This document shows positions 28,863 to 37,594 of a stretch of 41,125 nucleotides of DNA, in pieces. Every line of letters starts with the position of its first letter. Position 1 is the stretch's first letter. Location of the stretch: assembly GCF_013248915.1 (NCBI RefSeq), contig NZ_JABNNE010000050.1, one strand, 5' to 3'. The DNA is from Corallococcus exiguus. GTDB lineage: Bacteria; Myxococcota; Myxococcia; Myxococcales; Myxococcaceae. The notes under the pieces are model-generated. The model saw nothing but the letters and a program-made list of their open reading frames with translations, was not told the origin of the DNA and did no database searches. A program made the translations under genes and the position numbers.

Positions 28863-29897
28863 ATGGACGCGCGGCTGGAGGGAGTCGCGGACGCCTTCGA
28901 GGCGCGGGACTTCGAGGCCGCGCTCACCAGCGCCGACGCCCTGCTCCGGGACGTTCCGGACTCACCAGAAGCCCTGCACTACCGGGCCGCCGCGCTGGTG
29001 GAGGTGGGACGCCTGGAGGACGCGGGCAAGGCCTATGGCGCCGCCCTCAAGATGGCCCCGGAAGACCTGGAGATCCTCTTCGGCGCGGCGGAATTCCTCG
29101 TGTGCCGCACCGGCGAGGACCGCGAGGCGGTGGAGGAAGGGCTGGAGTGGTGCGGCCGCGGGCGGAAGCTGGCGCAGCGGGCCGATGACGTGGAGCTCGT
29201 CTACGAGTTCCTCCTCCTGGAGGGCATGGGCCTCAACCAGCTGGGGGAATGTGAGTCCGCGCTGAAAATCCTGGACCAGGCGCTGACGCACATGCCGCGC
29301 TCGACGGACGCGCAGCTGGAGCGGGGCATCGCGCTGTTCGAGTTGTGCCGCTTCGCGCCCGCGCAGGAGGCCTTCGAGCGGGTGTTGAAGGACGCGCCGG
29401 ACGAGGCCTGGGCGCACCACTACCTGGGGCTGGTCGCGGAGCGGCGCCAGGATGCGAAGGAGGCGAAGAAGCGCTTCTCCCGGGCGCAGGCGCTGGCCCC
29501 GGAGGAGCTGCCGCCGCCGGTGGCGCTGGAGGAGGCGGCGTTCGACCGCGCGGTGGAGGACGCGATGCGCGCCCTGCCCTCGCAGGTGAAGCAGTACATG
29601 GACAACGTGACGCTGGCGGTGGAGGACCTGCCGTCGGATGAGGACCTGCTGGGTCAGCAGCCGCCACTGTCACCGTGCATCCTGGGGGTGTTCCGGGGCA
29701 CGCCCGTGGGCGAGCGCAGCGTGATGGACGCGGCGGATCACTTCCCGCCCTCCATCGTGCTGTACCAGAAGAACCTGGAGCGCTTCGCGCGGACCCGCGA
29801 GGAACTCATCGAACAGATTGGCATCACGGTGATGCACGAAGTCGGTCACTTGATGGGTCTGGATGAAGACGACCTGTGGGAGCGGGGGCTGGACTAG
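28863..29897 (+). CDS. TPR-repeat protein with C-terminal zincin-like HExxH domain (Zincin_1/DUF1025-like)
   Basis: Several TPR-like helical pairs; C-terminal TVMHEVGHLMGLDEDDLWERGLD; start moved to ATG with RBS GGGGAGG (28863) instead of the track's 28824. Confidence 0.65.
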   Translation: MDARLEGVADAFEARDFEAALTSADALLRDVPDSPEALHYRAAALVEVGRLEDAGKAYGAALKMAPEDLEILFGAAEFLVCRTGEDREAVEEGLEWCGRGRKLAQRADDVELVYEFLLLEGMGLNQLGECESALKILDQALTHMPRSTDAQLERGIALFELCRFAPAQEAFERVLKDAPDEAWAHHYLGLVAERRQDAKEAKKRFSRAQALAPEELPPPVALEEAAFDRAVEDAMRALPSQVKQYMDNVTLAVEDLPSDEDLLGQQPPLSPCILGVFRGTPVGERSVMDAADHFPPSIVLYQKNLERFARTREELIEQIGITVMHEVGHLMGLDEDDLWERGLD

Positions 29898-29917
29898 CGC
29901 CGTTCTCCCCTGCCCTG

Positions 29918-30220
29918 ATGCGCGCCATGCATGCATGGACGAAGCTGGGGCTGATGGCGGTGCTGGGTCTGACGGGCTGTCTGGGCGACGACGACGAAGA
30001 GCCGCGCACGTGTCCGCAGGTGGTGGTGTTCGCGCGCTCGGACAGCGAGACGTGCCAGTCCTTCCCGACGCCGTGTGACGTGCCGGAGGGGTACGTCGAG
30101 TGCTGCGGCGGCCTCTTCGGGGGCTGCGCGGGGAACGTGTCCGGGAACACCTGCGTGGATGATCCGTCCGACACGTGTCAGCCCGGGGGCAGCGCGGACT
30201 GCCCGGGCATCTGCCAGTAG
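29918..30220 (+). CDS. small Cys-rich lipoprotein (about 12 Cys in 100 aa)
   Basis: Lipobox LGLTGC; Cys-rich mature region (ECCGGLFGGCAGN...CPGICQ); start uncertain (29918 or 29927). Confidence 0.45.
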   Translation: MRAMHAWTKLGLMAVLGLTGCLGDDDEEPRTCPQVVVFARSDSETCQSFPTPCDVPEGYVECCGGLFGGCAGNVSGNTCVDDPSDTCQPGGSADCPGICQ

Positions 30221-30223
30221 GCG

Positions 30224-32623
30224 TCAGGCGGCGCGCGAGCCTTTGTCCTCGAAGTAGGCGCGGCGGGCTCGGGCGCAGGTGGGGCACTGCCACTGCACCA
30301 GGGTGAGGTGGCGGTCGCCCAGGACGACGGCCTCGTGGCGGAGCGACTCCCGTGGGGCCTCGCTGGTGGCTCCACAGGCGCAGCGCAGCCGGCCCAGCGT
30401 GGACAGCAGCTCCTGCGGGCTGGTGATGGGGATGGCGGTTCCTGCGCTGTCGCCCCGGTGGTCCGCATCGAACTTGCGTGCGAAGGCGCGGCGCCGGCCC
30501 CAGGCGCGGCCCTTGCGCCAGAGCGCCACCGGGCCGCCCTGCGCGATGACGAACCACAGCACGAGGCACGTCGCGATGACGCCCAGGAGGATGGCACCCG
30601 CCTCGCCGGACGGAACGGATGAGGCCTGGGGGCGGGCGGCCCGGCTCCTGAGTTGGATGGCGTAGCCGCGCTGGGCCTCGGTGGCGCGCACGGCCTTCAC
30701 GTACTCGGCGATGCGCTCGGGCGGGACCGAGTCCGCGGTGCTGCGATAGCTGTAGTCGAGCAGCAGCGTCTTGTCTTCGGCGCGGGTGTCGGCCACGAAG
30801 CGGAAGGCCGGACCGTCCACGACCTCGTACTCCGTTTTGACGGGGGGCAGCTCGCCGGCCTTCAGCGTGATGCGGTGGCGGGCGAAGACGGGGTGCTCCA
30901 CCTCCAGCGGGAAGGCGCGGTGGGAGTAGTTCGGCACGGAGAGGTGCTGGCGCAGGCCATGCGCGCGGAACTCCCGGCGACCGTCCGAGGTCCAGAAGTC
31001 CTCGATGCGGTAGTGCTCTTGCGTGACGAGCACGTTCGTCACGGTGTCGTCGTCCACCGACATGGGCTTCGCGATGGAGATGTCCGCGTCCGTCTTCGCG
31101 TAGTAGTTGAAGTAGAGGCGGGACACCTCGGACAGGGACGTGCCCGCGAGCGCGCGGCGCATGGAGTTGGCGGCCGCCCCCGTGCGCGTGGTGACGACGT
31201 CGAGTGTCGCGGCCCCGTCGCGGCCCTTCGCGACGTAGGTCTCGTCCACGAAGATGGAGGGCTCCGTCAGCGTGGGCGTGGGGATGACGGAGAGCGCCGT
31301 GGTGGCGGGGGCGACGAGGAGGGCCCGGCCGTAGGAGGGCGGCTCGTAGCTTTCCAGCCCGCCGCGCTCCAGCGTCGCCGTGGGATCCACCCACAGCTCG
31401 CGGCCGGCCACGGTGGCATGGACGATGACGTGGTTGAACGCGGTGGCGGTGGGACGCAAGCCGTCCAGAAGCTGCGTGAGGTCCGTGCTCACGAGCGCCG
31501 GCTGCGCGTCGATGCCCAGCCCCTTGAGGAGCGACACCAAGAGGAGCGACTTGTCCTTGCAGTCGCCGAAGCGGCGCTGGAGGACCTCGTCGGGCGGATG
31601 GGGCTGGTGGGAGTTGGGGCCCATCTCGATGCCCAGGTAGCGCACCTCGTCCTGGACGAAGCGAAGCGCGGCGAGGAAGCGAGCCTCCGGGGTGGGCTCC
31701 TTCGACAGCCGGCGGACCTCCTGCTCCAGCGACTTCGAGCGGGCGGGCACCTGGAACAGCGTGGAGGCCCAGCGCGCGACGTCGTTCCAGTCCTTGTATT
31801 CGCTGAACTGGATCCACGGGTAGACGGGCTGCCAGCCGGGGACGTTGTCCTCGTGGCGGACCGCGGGCACGTGGTGGCGCTCCAGGATGATTTCACGCTC
31901 GCCGTTCAGCATCGACTCCGAGCGCGACAGGCCCGGCGCGGCGAAGTCCCGGATGAAGAGCGTGCGCCCCCGCCCTTCCGGCCACAGCAGCCGGTAGGCG
32001 AAGTGGACCACGGGATAGGAATGGCCCACGCCGACGACGTCGGAGAAGCGGCCACCAAAGACGGGGTTGGCGCCTTCGAAGGAGTACGCGACCTCCACGG
32101 TGTCGCCCACGCGTACGTCGTGGAGGAAGGGCACCACGGAGAGGTTGCCGTTGTAGAGCCGGTTCTGGAGCTCGGTCTCCTGCTGGATGACCCGGGCCTC
32201 GGCGGGCTGGAAGACGTCCTCGCGGCGGCCGTCGCGGATGCGCCAGATGCCGTGGACGGTGAGCTTCTGGTACGTCGGATCGAAGCGGAACTGGATGTCC
32301 GTGACGCGGTCGATGCCCCGCGGAGAGAGGACCTTCTGGGCCGAGTGCAGGTAGTGCACGCGCGATGGGCCGGACACGCGCACCTGTTCCTCGATCAGCA
32401 GCCGGGAGACGCTGGTCTCCTCCTCGCCCTCGGGAGTCGGGCCGGGGTCTGGAGGAATGGGAAGCGGCTTCACCCACGCGGCGGGAGGCCCGACGCGGAA
32501 CGGCCTGGCGTTCGTCGCCGCCGGTGCTGCCCCGGCGCTCAAGGACAGACACAGACACAGCAGCAGGACGGGCACCGGAAAGAAGCCCGGTGCCAGGAGG
32601 ACGGAACGGAAGGTTCGGCGCAT
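30224..32623 (-). CDS. DUF3857 + transglutaminase-like domain protein with C-terminal TM helix and cytoplasmic 4-Cys zinc-ribbon-like tail
   Basis: Signal peptide; transglutaminase core GDCKDKSLLLVSLLKGLGIDA; TM AILLGVIATCLVLWFVIA; tail LRCACG...WQCPTCARA; start set to MRRTFRS (32623). Confidence 0.7.
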   Translation of the reverse strand: MRRTFRSVLLAPGFFPVPVLLLCLCLSLSAGAAPAATNARPFRVGPPAAWVKPLPIPPDPGPTPEGEEETSVSRLLIEEQVRVSGPSRVHYLHSAQKVLSPRGIDRVTDIQFRFDPTYQKLTVHGIWRIRDGRREDVFQPAEARVIQQETELQNRLYNGNLSVVPFLHDVRVGDTVEVAYSFEGANPVFGGRFSDVVGVGHSYPVVHFAYRLLWPEGRGRTLFIRDFAAPGLSRSESMLNGEREIILERHHVPAVRHEDNVPGWQPVYPWIQFSEYKDWNDVARWASTLFQVPARSKSLEQEVRRLSKEPTPEARFLAALRFVQDEVRYLGIEMGPNSHQPHPPDEVLQRRFGDCKDKSLLLVSLLKGLGIDAQPALVSTDLTQLLDGLRPTATAFNHVIVHATVAGRELWVDPTATLERGGLESYEPPSYGRALLVAPATTALSVIPTPTLTEPSIFVDETYVAKGRDGAATLDVVTTRTGAAANSMRRALAGTSLSEVSRLYFNYYAKTDADISIAKPMSVDDDTVTNVLVTQEHYRIEDFWTSDGRREFRAHGLRQHLSVPNYSHRAFPLEVEHPVFARHRITLKAGELPPVKTEYEVVDGPAFRFVADTRAEDKTLLLDYSYRSTADSVPPERIAEYVKAVRATEAQRGYAIQLRSRAARPQASSVPSGEAGAILLGVIATCLVLWFVIAQGGPVALWRKGRAWGRRRAFARKFDADHRGDSAGTAIPITSPQELLSTLGRLRCACGATSEAPRESLRHEAVVLGDRHLTLVQWQCPTCARARRAYFEDKGSRAA

Positions 32624-32801
32624 GGCGGAAGGGCGCTCATCATGGAGCCCGGATGACGCGCCGGGCAAGGCGCCCCCTGGGACACCGGGCGAGCGGCCCC
32701 GCTTCATTCACCAGTGAAAACCGTCATGCAGGCCAAGCCTGGAATTGCCGTGACACGGGCTAGGGTTCCGGCCATCGGTTGGACGGCCCAGGAGGCTGGC
32801 G

Positions 32802-33770
32802 ATGGTCAACGTGAGGCAGGTCGCGACGCGGCTGAAGAGTGCGTTCCTGGCGGACCCGGAGCGCTTCTATACGAACGAGACGGGAGCCTGGGTGGCGGGG
32901 ATGCCGGCGCCGAGCGACATCCGGGTGACGACAGGCCGGGAGCCCTTCTGGATCAACCTGGGCTACTGGAAGCACGTGGAGAAGGTGGACGACTCCAACG
33001 TGGAGCGCGTGGGGGAGCTGTTCCGGTCCGCCCAGGCGGAGATGGCGCGCCTGTTGGCGAGGACGGCGAAGCTGGGGCCTGGGGATGCCGTCTTGGACTG
33101 CGGCTTCGGGTACGCGGACCAGGACCTGCTGTGGGCGGAGGAGTTCAAGCCCGCGAGCATCGTCGGGGTGAACATCACGCCGAACCAGGTGAAGGTGGGC
33201 CGGGAGCGCGTGAAGCTGACGGGGCTGGAGGGCGTGATCCGGCTGGAGGTGGGGAGCGCGACGGCGCTGCCTGGGCCGGAGGGAGCGTTCGACGGGGTGT
33301 TCGCGCTGGAGTCCGCGATGCACTTCCGGACGCGGCAGGACTTCCTGCGCGAGGCCTTCCGGGTGTTGAAGCCGGGAGGCCGGCTGGTGATGGCGGACAT
33401 GGCGCAGAAGACGGACCGTGAGGCTGGAGCAGGACTCCGAGCGCGGCTGCGCTACCGCTACTGGCGGGGGCTGATTGCCTTCCCGGAAGAGAACGTCTGG
33501 TCGACGGAGCGCTACCAGTCGGAGCTGCGGCGGGCGGGGTTCCAGGACGTGAAGGTGGAGTCCATCGCGGAGGATGTGTACCCGGCGGTGAACACGGCGC
33601 TGGTGGCGCTGCGGGGCATGACGCAGCTGGAACGCAATCCAGGGAGCACGTCCCTGCACCAGGTGCGCGCGGACGTGCACAAGGCGATGCGGATGACACC
33701 GGAGCAGCTCCAGTGGCCCGCGCTGTTCAACTGCGACGAGTACGCCGTGGTGTCCGCGCGCAAGCCGTGA
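32802..33770 (+). CDS. class I SAM-dependent methyltransferase (natural-product O-methyltransferase-like)
   Basis: Motif I VLDCGFGYADQDL, motif post-I/II, LKPGGRLVMADM. Confidence 0.75.
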   Translation: MVNVRQVATRLKSAFLADPERFYTNETGAWVAGMPAPSDIRVTTGREPFWINLGYWKHVEKVDDSNVERVGELFRSAQAEMARLLARTAKLGPGDAVLDCGFGYADQDLLWAEEFKPASIVGVNITPNQVKVGRERVKLTGLEGVIRLEVGSATALPGPEGAFDGVFALESAMHFRTRQDFLREAFRVLKPGGRLVMADMAQKTDREAGAGLRARLRYRYWRGLIAFPEENVWSTERYQSELRRAGFQDVKVESIAEDVYPAVNTALVALRGMTQLERNPGSTSLHQVRADVHKAMRMTPEQLQWPALFNCDEYAVVSARKP

Positions 33771-33812
33771 CGGTGGTTGACGGACTGGGGCGGAGCGGCG
33801 GTAATCGGAAGC

Positions 33813-33911
33813 GGTAGGGCCTCCGGACCTGGTGGCCGGCCCGGTCTTCAAAACCGGTGAGGGGCTGCGAGAGCAGTCCCTGGCGAGTTCGATTCCCGTG
33901 CCCTACCGCCA
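33813..33911 (+). tRNA. selC: tRNA with UCA anticodon and long variable arm; probable tRNA-Sec (selC-like)
   Basis: 8-bp acceptor stem GGTAGGGC/GCCCTACC + G73 + CCA; anticodon arm CCGGT-cTTCAaa-ACCGG (U33, UCA, A37); 8-bp variable-arm stem with GAGA loop; T-arm GCGAG-TTCGATT-CCCGT (one A.C mismatch); 8/5 architecture. Confidence 0.5.
33847..33911 (+). repeat. attL-like: 3' 65 nt of the tRNA (anticodon loop to CCA), direct repeat partner at 38137..38201
   Basis: 62/65 identity with the downstream copy, same orientation. Confidence 0.65.
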
Positions 33912-33965
33912 CCCACTCCTCTGCGAACCTGGTGGTTGAAAAAGCTGTGCGCGACGTGACGACCC

Positions 33966-34481
33966 TCAGAATGCTGCGACACCGAGACTCATCCCCGCAA
34001 TCGTGTTGATCTTGGTACGCCAAGCCTCTGGCGTCATGAGGTAGGGCTCAAGCATTCTGATCAACTCCTGGCTTGGGCGATTCGTCGTATAGCCAGGCTT
34101 TCCTGTTCGCCCCCCCGTCTTCCATGAATCCGTTTTCGTCCACTCCATCGCCTCCGCGACGCCAACGGACTCTGCGTACGTCAGCGCATACGCGCGAGTA
34201 TCGGAGGGGCGATCGAGGTCCCATACATAGACGAGGAGAAGCCGTCGAAACTTCTCGTACTTCTTGTGGACGCTGAACGACCTATCCGAGTGTGCCTTCA
34301 GTTGGATGGGACAGGCGATGAAGTCTCCCACCTGCTGATCCAGGTCGCTGTAGACGATCAGGTCGATTCCGCGGTCTCGCTCTGGGCGTGCCACTTCCAA
34401 ACCGGCACGGAGGAGTTCTGTTACGATCCAGTTTCGACCAACAAGCTCCACCATCTGAGAGTCCATACCAGCTTGTACCAC
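33966..34481 (-). CDS. hypothetical protein with PD-(D/E)xK-like motif (restriction-endonuclease fold candidate)
   Basis: ELLRAGLEV...RGIDLIVY...IQLKAHS pattern resembling the Hjc/PD-(D/E)xK core; AT-rich upstream region. Confidence 0.4.
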   Translation of the reverse strand: MVQAGMDSQMVELVGRNWIVTELLRAGLEVARPERDRGIDLIVYSDLDQQVGDFIACPIQLKAHSDRSFSVHKKYEKFRRLLLVYVWDLDRPSDTRAYALTYAESVGVAEAMEWTKTDSWKTGGRTGKPGYTTNRPSQELIRMLEPYLMTPEAWRTKINTIAGMSLGVAAF

Positions 34482-34717
34482 TCGACCAACGTGGCCTCGT
34501 GACGAAGAGGCGCTATGCCGTCAGGCGGACTACGCGGAGTGGCAAACTCTTGCGCTTGCCGCCGCACCCACACGGCCGAGCCCTATGGTCGCTTTCAATA
34601 CCTATTGGGTTTATTGATATTAGACTTTTCACCGCGAGCGCCACAGGCCCTGTCCCACGCAGCCGAGGCCCCACCAGTGTACCGCACCGGATTGTTGAGA
34701 CACCAGGTTGGTCGTAA

Positions 34718-35611
34718 TCAGGCCGCTTGCTTCTGCATCAGTTCCCGCCGGGCCTGACTCGGCGAGAGGAAGTGGTGACGCTCCAGCAACCAGTGCTCGT
34801 TGTACCGGTGAGCCCACTCCAGCAGCGCCAGCCGGAGTTCCTCCACGGTGGCGAAGGTGCGCACCCAGAGCAGTTGCTCCTTGAGGGTACGGATGAAGCG
34901 CTCGGCACAGCCGTTGCCCTCGGGACTGCGGACGAAGGAGGGACTGGACACGGCCCCCAGGAAGCGCAGCTCGTTCTGGAAGGCGTCGGAAGTGTACTGG
35001 CTGCCGTTGTCGTGGCGGATGGACAGCCCCGCGGCCACGCCCCGGCCGTACGCCCCGAAGCGAGCCTTGACGCCCTGGCGGATGGGCTCGAGGGCCTCGA
35101 AACGGGTGCCGACCTTGGCCGCGTGGATGCCGACGCACTCGGCGGTGCCGTGGTCGATGGCGATGAAGACGGTGGCCTGGCCCTCCAGCTTCGTCACGGT
35201 GCAGGTGGCGTCGGTGCCCCACATGACGTCGGGCTTGTCGGTGGTAATCGTGCCGTCATGGTTGCGCGGTCCCAGCACCCGGCGGGCCCTGCCCGGTGCC
35301 AGCAGCCCTGCCTCGCGCATCCGCCGCAGGCAGCGGGCCTTCGACGTGCGTACGCCCTGAGCGCGAAGCCGGGCCCATACCTTGCGGTGCCCCTCGCCCA
35401 GAAACGGGGAGGCGGCCAGCACGCCGCGGATGGCCTCCAGCAGCGCCTCGTCCGTCAGCGCCGTCTTCGGGCCTCGCCGGGCTGTCGGAGAGAGCGCTGC
35501 CTGCCGGCGGGCACGGTGCCGGTACACCGTGGCGCGAGGCACTCGCCAGGTGGCCGTCACGAGCACCAGTCCGTACGGCTTGCCGCTGGAAGGCGAGAGA
35601 CTGGCGCTCAT
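34718..35611 (-). CDS. IS3-family transposase OrfB (rve integrase core, DDE)
   Basis: VMWGTDATCT...FIAIDHGTAECVG...IRHDNGSQYTS...NGCAERFIRTLKEQ (D, D, E catalytic residues in rve spacing); the track's 445-aa ORF is a frame read-through over orfA. Confidence 0.75.
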   Translation of the reverse strand: MSASLSPSSGKPYGLVLVTATWRVPRATVYRHRARRQAALSPTARRGPKTALTDEALLEAIRGVLAASPFLGEGHRKVWARLRAQGVRTSKARCLRRMREAGLLAPGRARRVLGPRNHDGTITTDKPDVMWGTDATCTVTKLEGQATVFIAIDHGTAECVGIHAAKVGTRFEALEPIRQGVKARFGAYGRGVAAGLSIRHDNGSQYTSDAFQNELRFLGAVSSPSFVRSPEGNGCAERFIRTLKEQLLWVRTFATVEELRLALLEWAHRYNEHWLLERHHFLSPSQARRELMQKQAA

Positions 35612-35952
35612 CCTCTCGACTTCCTCCAGGGAAAACCCGGCGCGTTGCCCTCCAGCAGCCGGGCCTTCTGCGCCAGCAACTCGTTCTTCATCATCAGCTC
35701 GCCCACCATGGCCTTGAGCCGCAGCACCTCGTCGTCCGCTGCTTCCGGCTCGCGGCTCTTGAGGTTCGCCTCGGCCCCAGCCAGGAACTTCTCCCGCCAC
35801 TCGCTCAGCACCGCTGCCGTGACGCCCAACTCTCGGGAGAGGGCGTCGAGCTCCTCGCCCTTGAGCAGACGGAGCACGGCCTCCTTCTTCCGCTTCGCCG
35901 AGAACCGACCGCGCTCTGCCGTCCTGTCCTGCTTCTGCTTCTTCACATCCAC
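35608..35952 (-). CDS. IS3-family transposase OrfA (HTH DNA-binding)
   Basis: MDVKKQKQDRTAERGRFSAKRKKEAVLRLLKGEELDALSRELGVTAAVLSEWREKF + leucine-zipper-like C-terminus. Confidence 0.75.
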   Translation of the reverse strand: MDVKKQKQDRTAERGRFSAKRKKEAVLRLLKGEELDALSRELGVTAAVLSEWREKFLAGAEANLKSREPEAADDEVLRLKAMVGELMMKNELLAQKARLLEGNAPGFPWRKSRG

Positions 35953-36241
35953 CTCGCGAGGGGGAGGCTATCCCCCAGAAAGGTGTCTCAGGAATCCCTG
36001 GGGCGGAGGAAGGGCGACGTGGCGTACACCTCGTCCGGTGACCGGTAAGCTGCACGAAGTGTCGGCCGCCGCGCGCTGAGATCCGAGCGGACGTGCAGTT
36101 CCCGTAGGCACGCCGTCAGCCCCACGCACTCGCCCCAGCGATGGGTCAGCCTGGAGCACCTGTCAGCTCTATCTGGTATTGCACGACCTCGTGACGACGT
36201 GGCCTTCCGGCGAACGGGGGCCAGCGCCAGGAGGCCTCCGC

Positions 36242-37594
36242 ATGCTGCCACGATGGTCGATTGCGCTGCTGATCGTGATGCTGGCCGGATGCAGCAGCAC
36301 TACGAAGTCCGTGCGCCTACACACGGGCCACGGCGACCCCATCGTCCTCGCCCCACGCAGCGGCGATGCCGCGCCGGTGGAGTTGGACGAAGACGACTTT
36401 GTTGAAGCCGTAGCAGCGCTCGCTCAGCGCGTGCGGCCGTCCACGCGTCCCCAGGAAACAGCCCGGGGGTTGTTCGAGGTGGATCCACGCAGCGGTTCGT
36501 ACCTGTACGAGCCGCGCAGCCACCGTGTCATCCCGCTGGGACCGGGCGAACACCTGGAGGGCGAACGCCCCTCAACAGAGGTGGAGTTGACGCGCGCATA
36601 CCTTCGCTGGTGCGAGCGAACGAGCAATCCCGGCGATTGCCTGCGCCTCCTGATGGAGAGCCCCACTGTCACCGGGGATGGCCGTTACGCCCTGGCCATG
36701 GCCTTGGCCCAAGGCGTCGTGCGGGACGAGATGATGGACGCCTTCAAGGAGATGGCTGATCCCCAGGCCATGATGGCTGCGGTTCTTTGGACGTGGACCA
36801 CGTACTGCATCTTGCTCGCGGTGCCCGAGCCTTTCTCGAAGGGCGTGGCCGCGGTGATGACCGCCTCCCTCATTGCCTACGTGGGGGTCGATACGTTCTG
36901 GAGCCTCATCTTGGGCTTCAAGCAGCTGGTGGAGGAGGTGGAGCTGGCCACCACGTTTGACGAACTCCGCGAGGCGGGTGAGCGCTACGGCAAGGTCATG
37001 GGCCGCAACGCGGCGCGCGCGTTCGCCATGTTGGCCACGGCCGCCCTTGGGAACACGGCGGCGGGGCTGGGGGCGAAGGTGCCCATGCTGCCCGGCGCCG
37101 CGCAGGCGGCGGTCCAGGCTGAAGCGCAAATGGGCATCAGGCTCGCGGCGGTCGCGGACGTGGGAACGGTGGCCGTGAGCGCCGAGACCGTCACCATCGC
37201 CCTCGCGCCCGGCGCGGTGGCCATGGGGGCCAAAGCCACGGGCGGCAGCGCCTCCGCCAAGGCGCGCCCCTCGGGCTACAGGGCCTGGGGCTCGTTCAGT
37301 GGTTTCAAGAAGGCCATGGGCCCGGCGGGCAAGAACAAGGAGTGGCACCACATCGTCGAGCAAACCACGGGCAACGTGAAGCGCTTCGGCCCCCAGGCCC
37401 TCCACAACACCGAGAACCTCATCCCACTGGACAAGAGCCTGCACAGCGACGTCAGCGCGTTCTTTTCGTCGATTCGACGCGATATCACCGGCTCGCCATT
37501 GACCGTACGGCAATGGTTGAGCACGCAGTCCTACGAGGCCCAACGTGACTTCGGGCTTCTGGCCATCGAGAACGTCGGAAAGGGGCTCTGGTGA
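36242..37594 (+). CDS. lipoprotein polymorphic toxin with C-terminal WHH-type HNH/EndoVII nuclease domain (SitA-like)
   Basis: Lipobox LIVMLAGCSS after signal peptide; strong RBS GGAGG; Ala/Gly-rich pre-toxin linker; C-terminal KNKEWHHIVEQ...NTENLIPLDKSLHSD (WHH His-Asn-His HNH core). Confidence 0.7.
   Translation: MLPRWSIALLIVMLAGCSSTTKSVRLHTGHGDPIVLAPRSGDAAPVELDEDDFVEAVAALAQRVRPSTRPQETARGLFEVDPRSGSYLYEPRSHRVIPLGPGEHLEGERPSTEVELTRAYLRWCERTSNPGDCLRLLMESPTVTGDGRYALAMALAQGVVRDEMMDAFKEMADPQAMMAAVLWTWTTYCILLAVPEPFSKGVAAVMTASLIAYVGVDTFWSLILGFKQLVEEVELATTFDELREAGERYGKVMGRNAARAFAMLATAALGNTAAGLGAKVPMLPGAAQAAVQAEAQMGIRLAAVADVGTVAVSAETVTIALAPGAVAMGAKATGGSASAKARPSGYRAWGSFSGFKKAMGPAGKNKEWHHIVEQTTGNVKRFGPQALHNTENLIPLDKSLHSDVSAFFSSIRRDITGSPLTVRQWLSTQSYEAQRDFGLLAIENVGKGLW

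Larger units (their letters stand above)
34678..36028 (-). mobile_element. IS3-family insertion sequence (1351 bp)
   Basis: orfA (HTH/leucine zipper) + orfB (rve DDE integrase core) in -1 frame with ATGA overlap; imperfect terminal IRs TGTACCGCACCGGATTGTTGAGACACC... / ...GGTGTCTCAGGAATCC...GTGGCGTACA with 5'-TG...CA-3' termini (right IR carries a ~20-nt insertion). Confidence 0.7.

Noticed and set aside
29670-31817. 715-aa minus-strand ORF overlapping the TPR-zincin gene and the transglutaminase-like gene
   Set aside because: Pro/Arg/Gly-rich junk frame. The alternative frame (30224..32623) has signal peptide, transglutaminase core and TM helix.
33845-33860. Reading the tRNA on the minus strand as tRNA-Ser(UGA)
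   Set aside because: The minus-strand anticodon loop would give UGA, but the T-loop (GTTCGATTC), acceptor pairing and CCA end are only present on the plus strand.
34718-36055. Single 445-aa transposase ORF as given in the track
   Set aside because: The N-terminal 148 aa are an off-frame read-through across orfA. The real organisation is orfA (35608..35952) plus orfB starting at the ATG overlapping the orfA stop.
34727-36079. 450-aa plus-strand ORF across the IS3 element
   Set aside because: Antisense to the orfA/orfB transposase genes, which carry HTH and DDE motifs.
34586-36190. Outer candidate IS inverted repeats (GGTCGCTTTCAATACC / GGTATTGCACGACC) giving a ~1.6-kb element
   Set aside because: The inner IRs (34678 / 36028) give a canonical 1351-bp IS3 size with TG...CA termini and better identity. 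The outer match is probably fortuitous.
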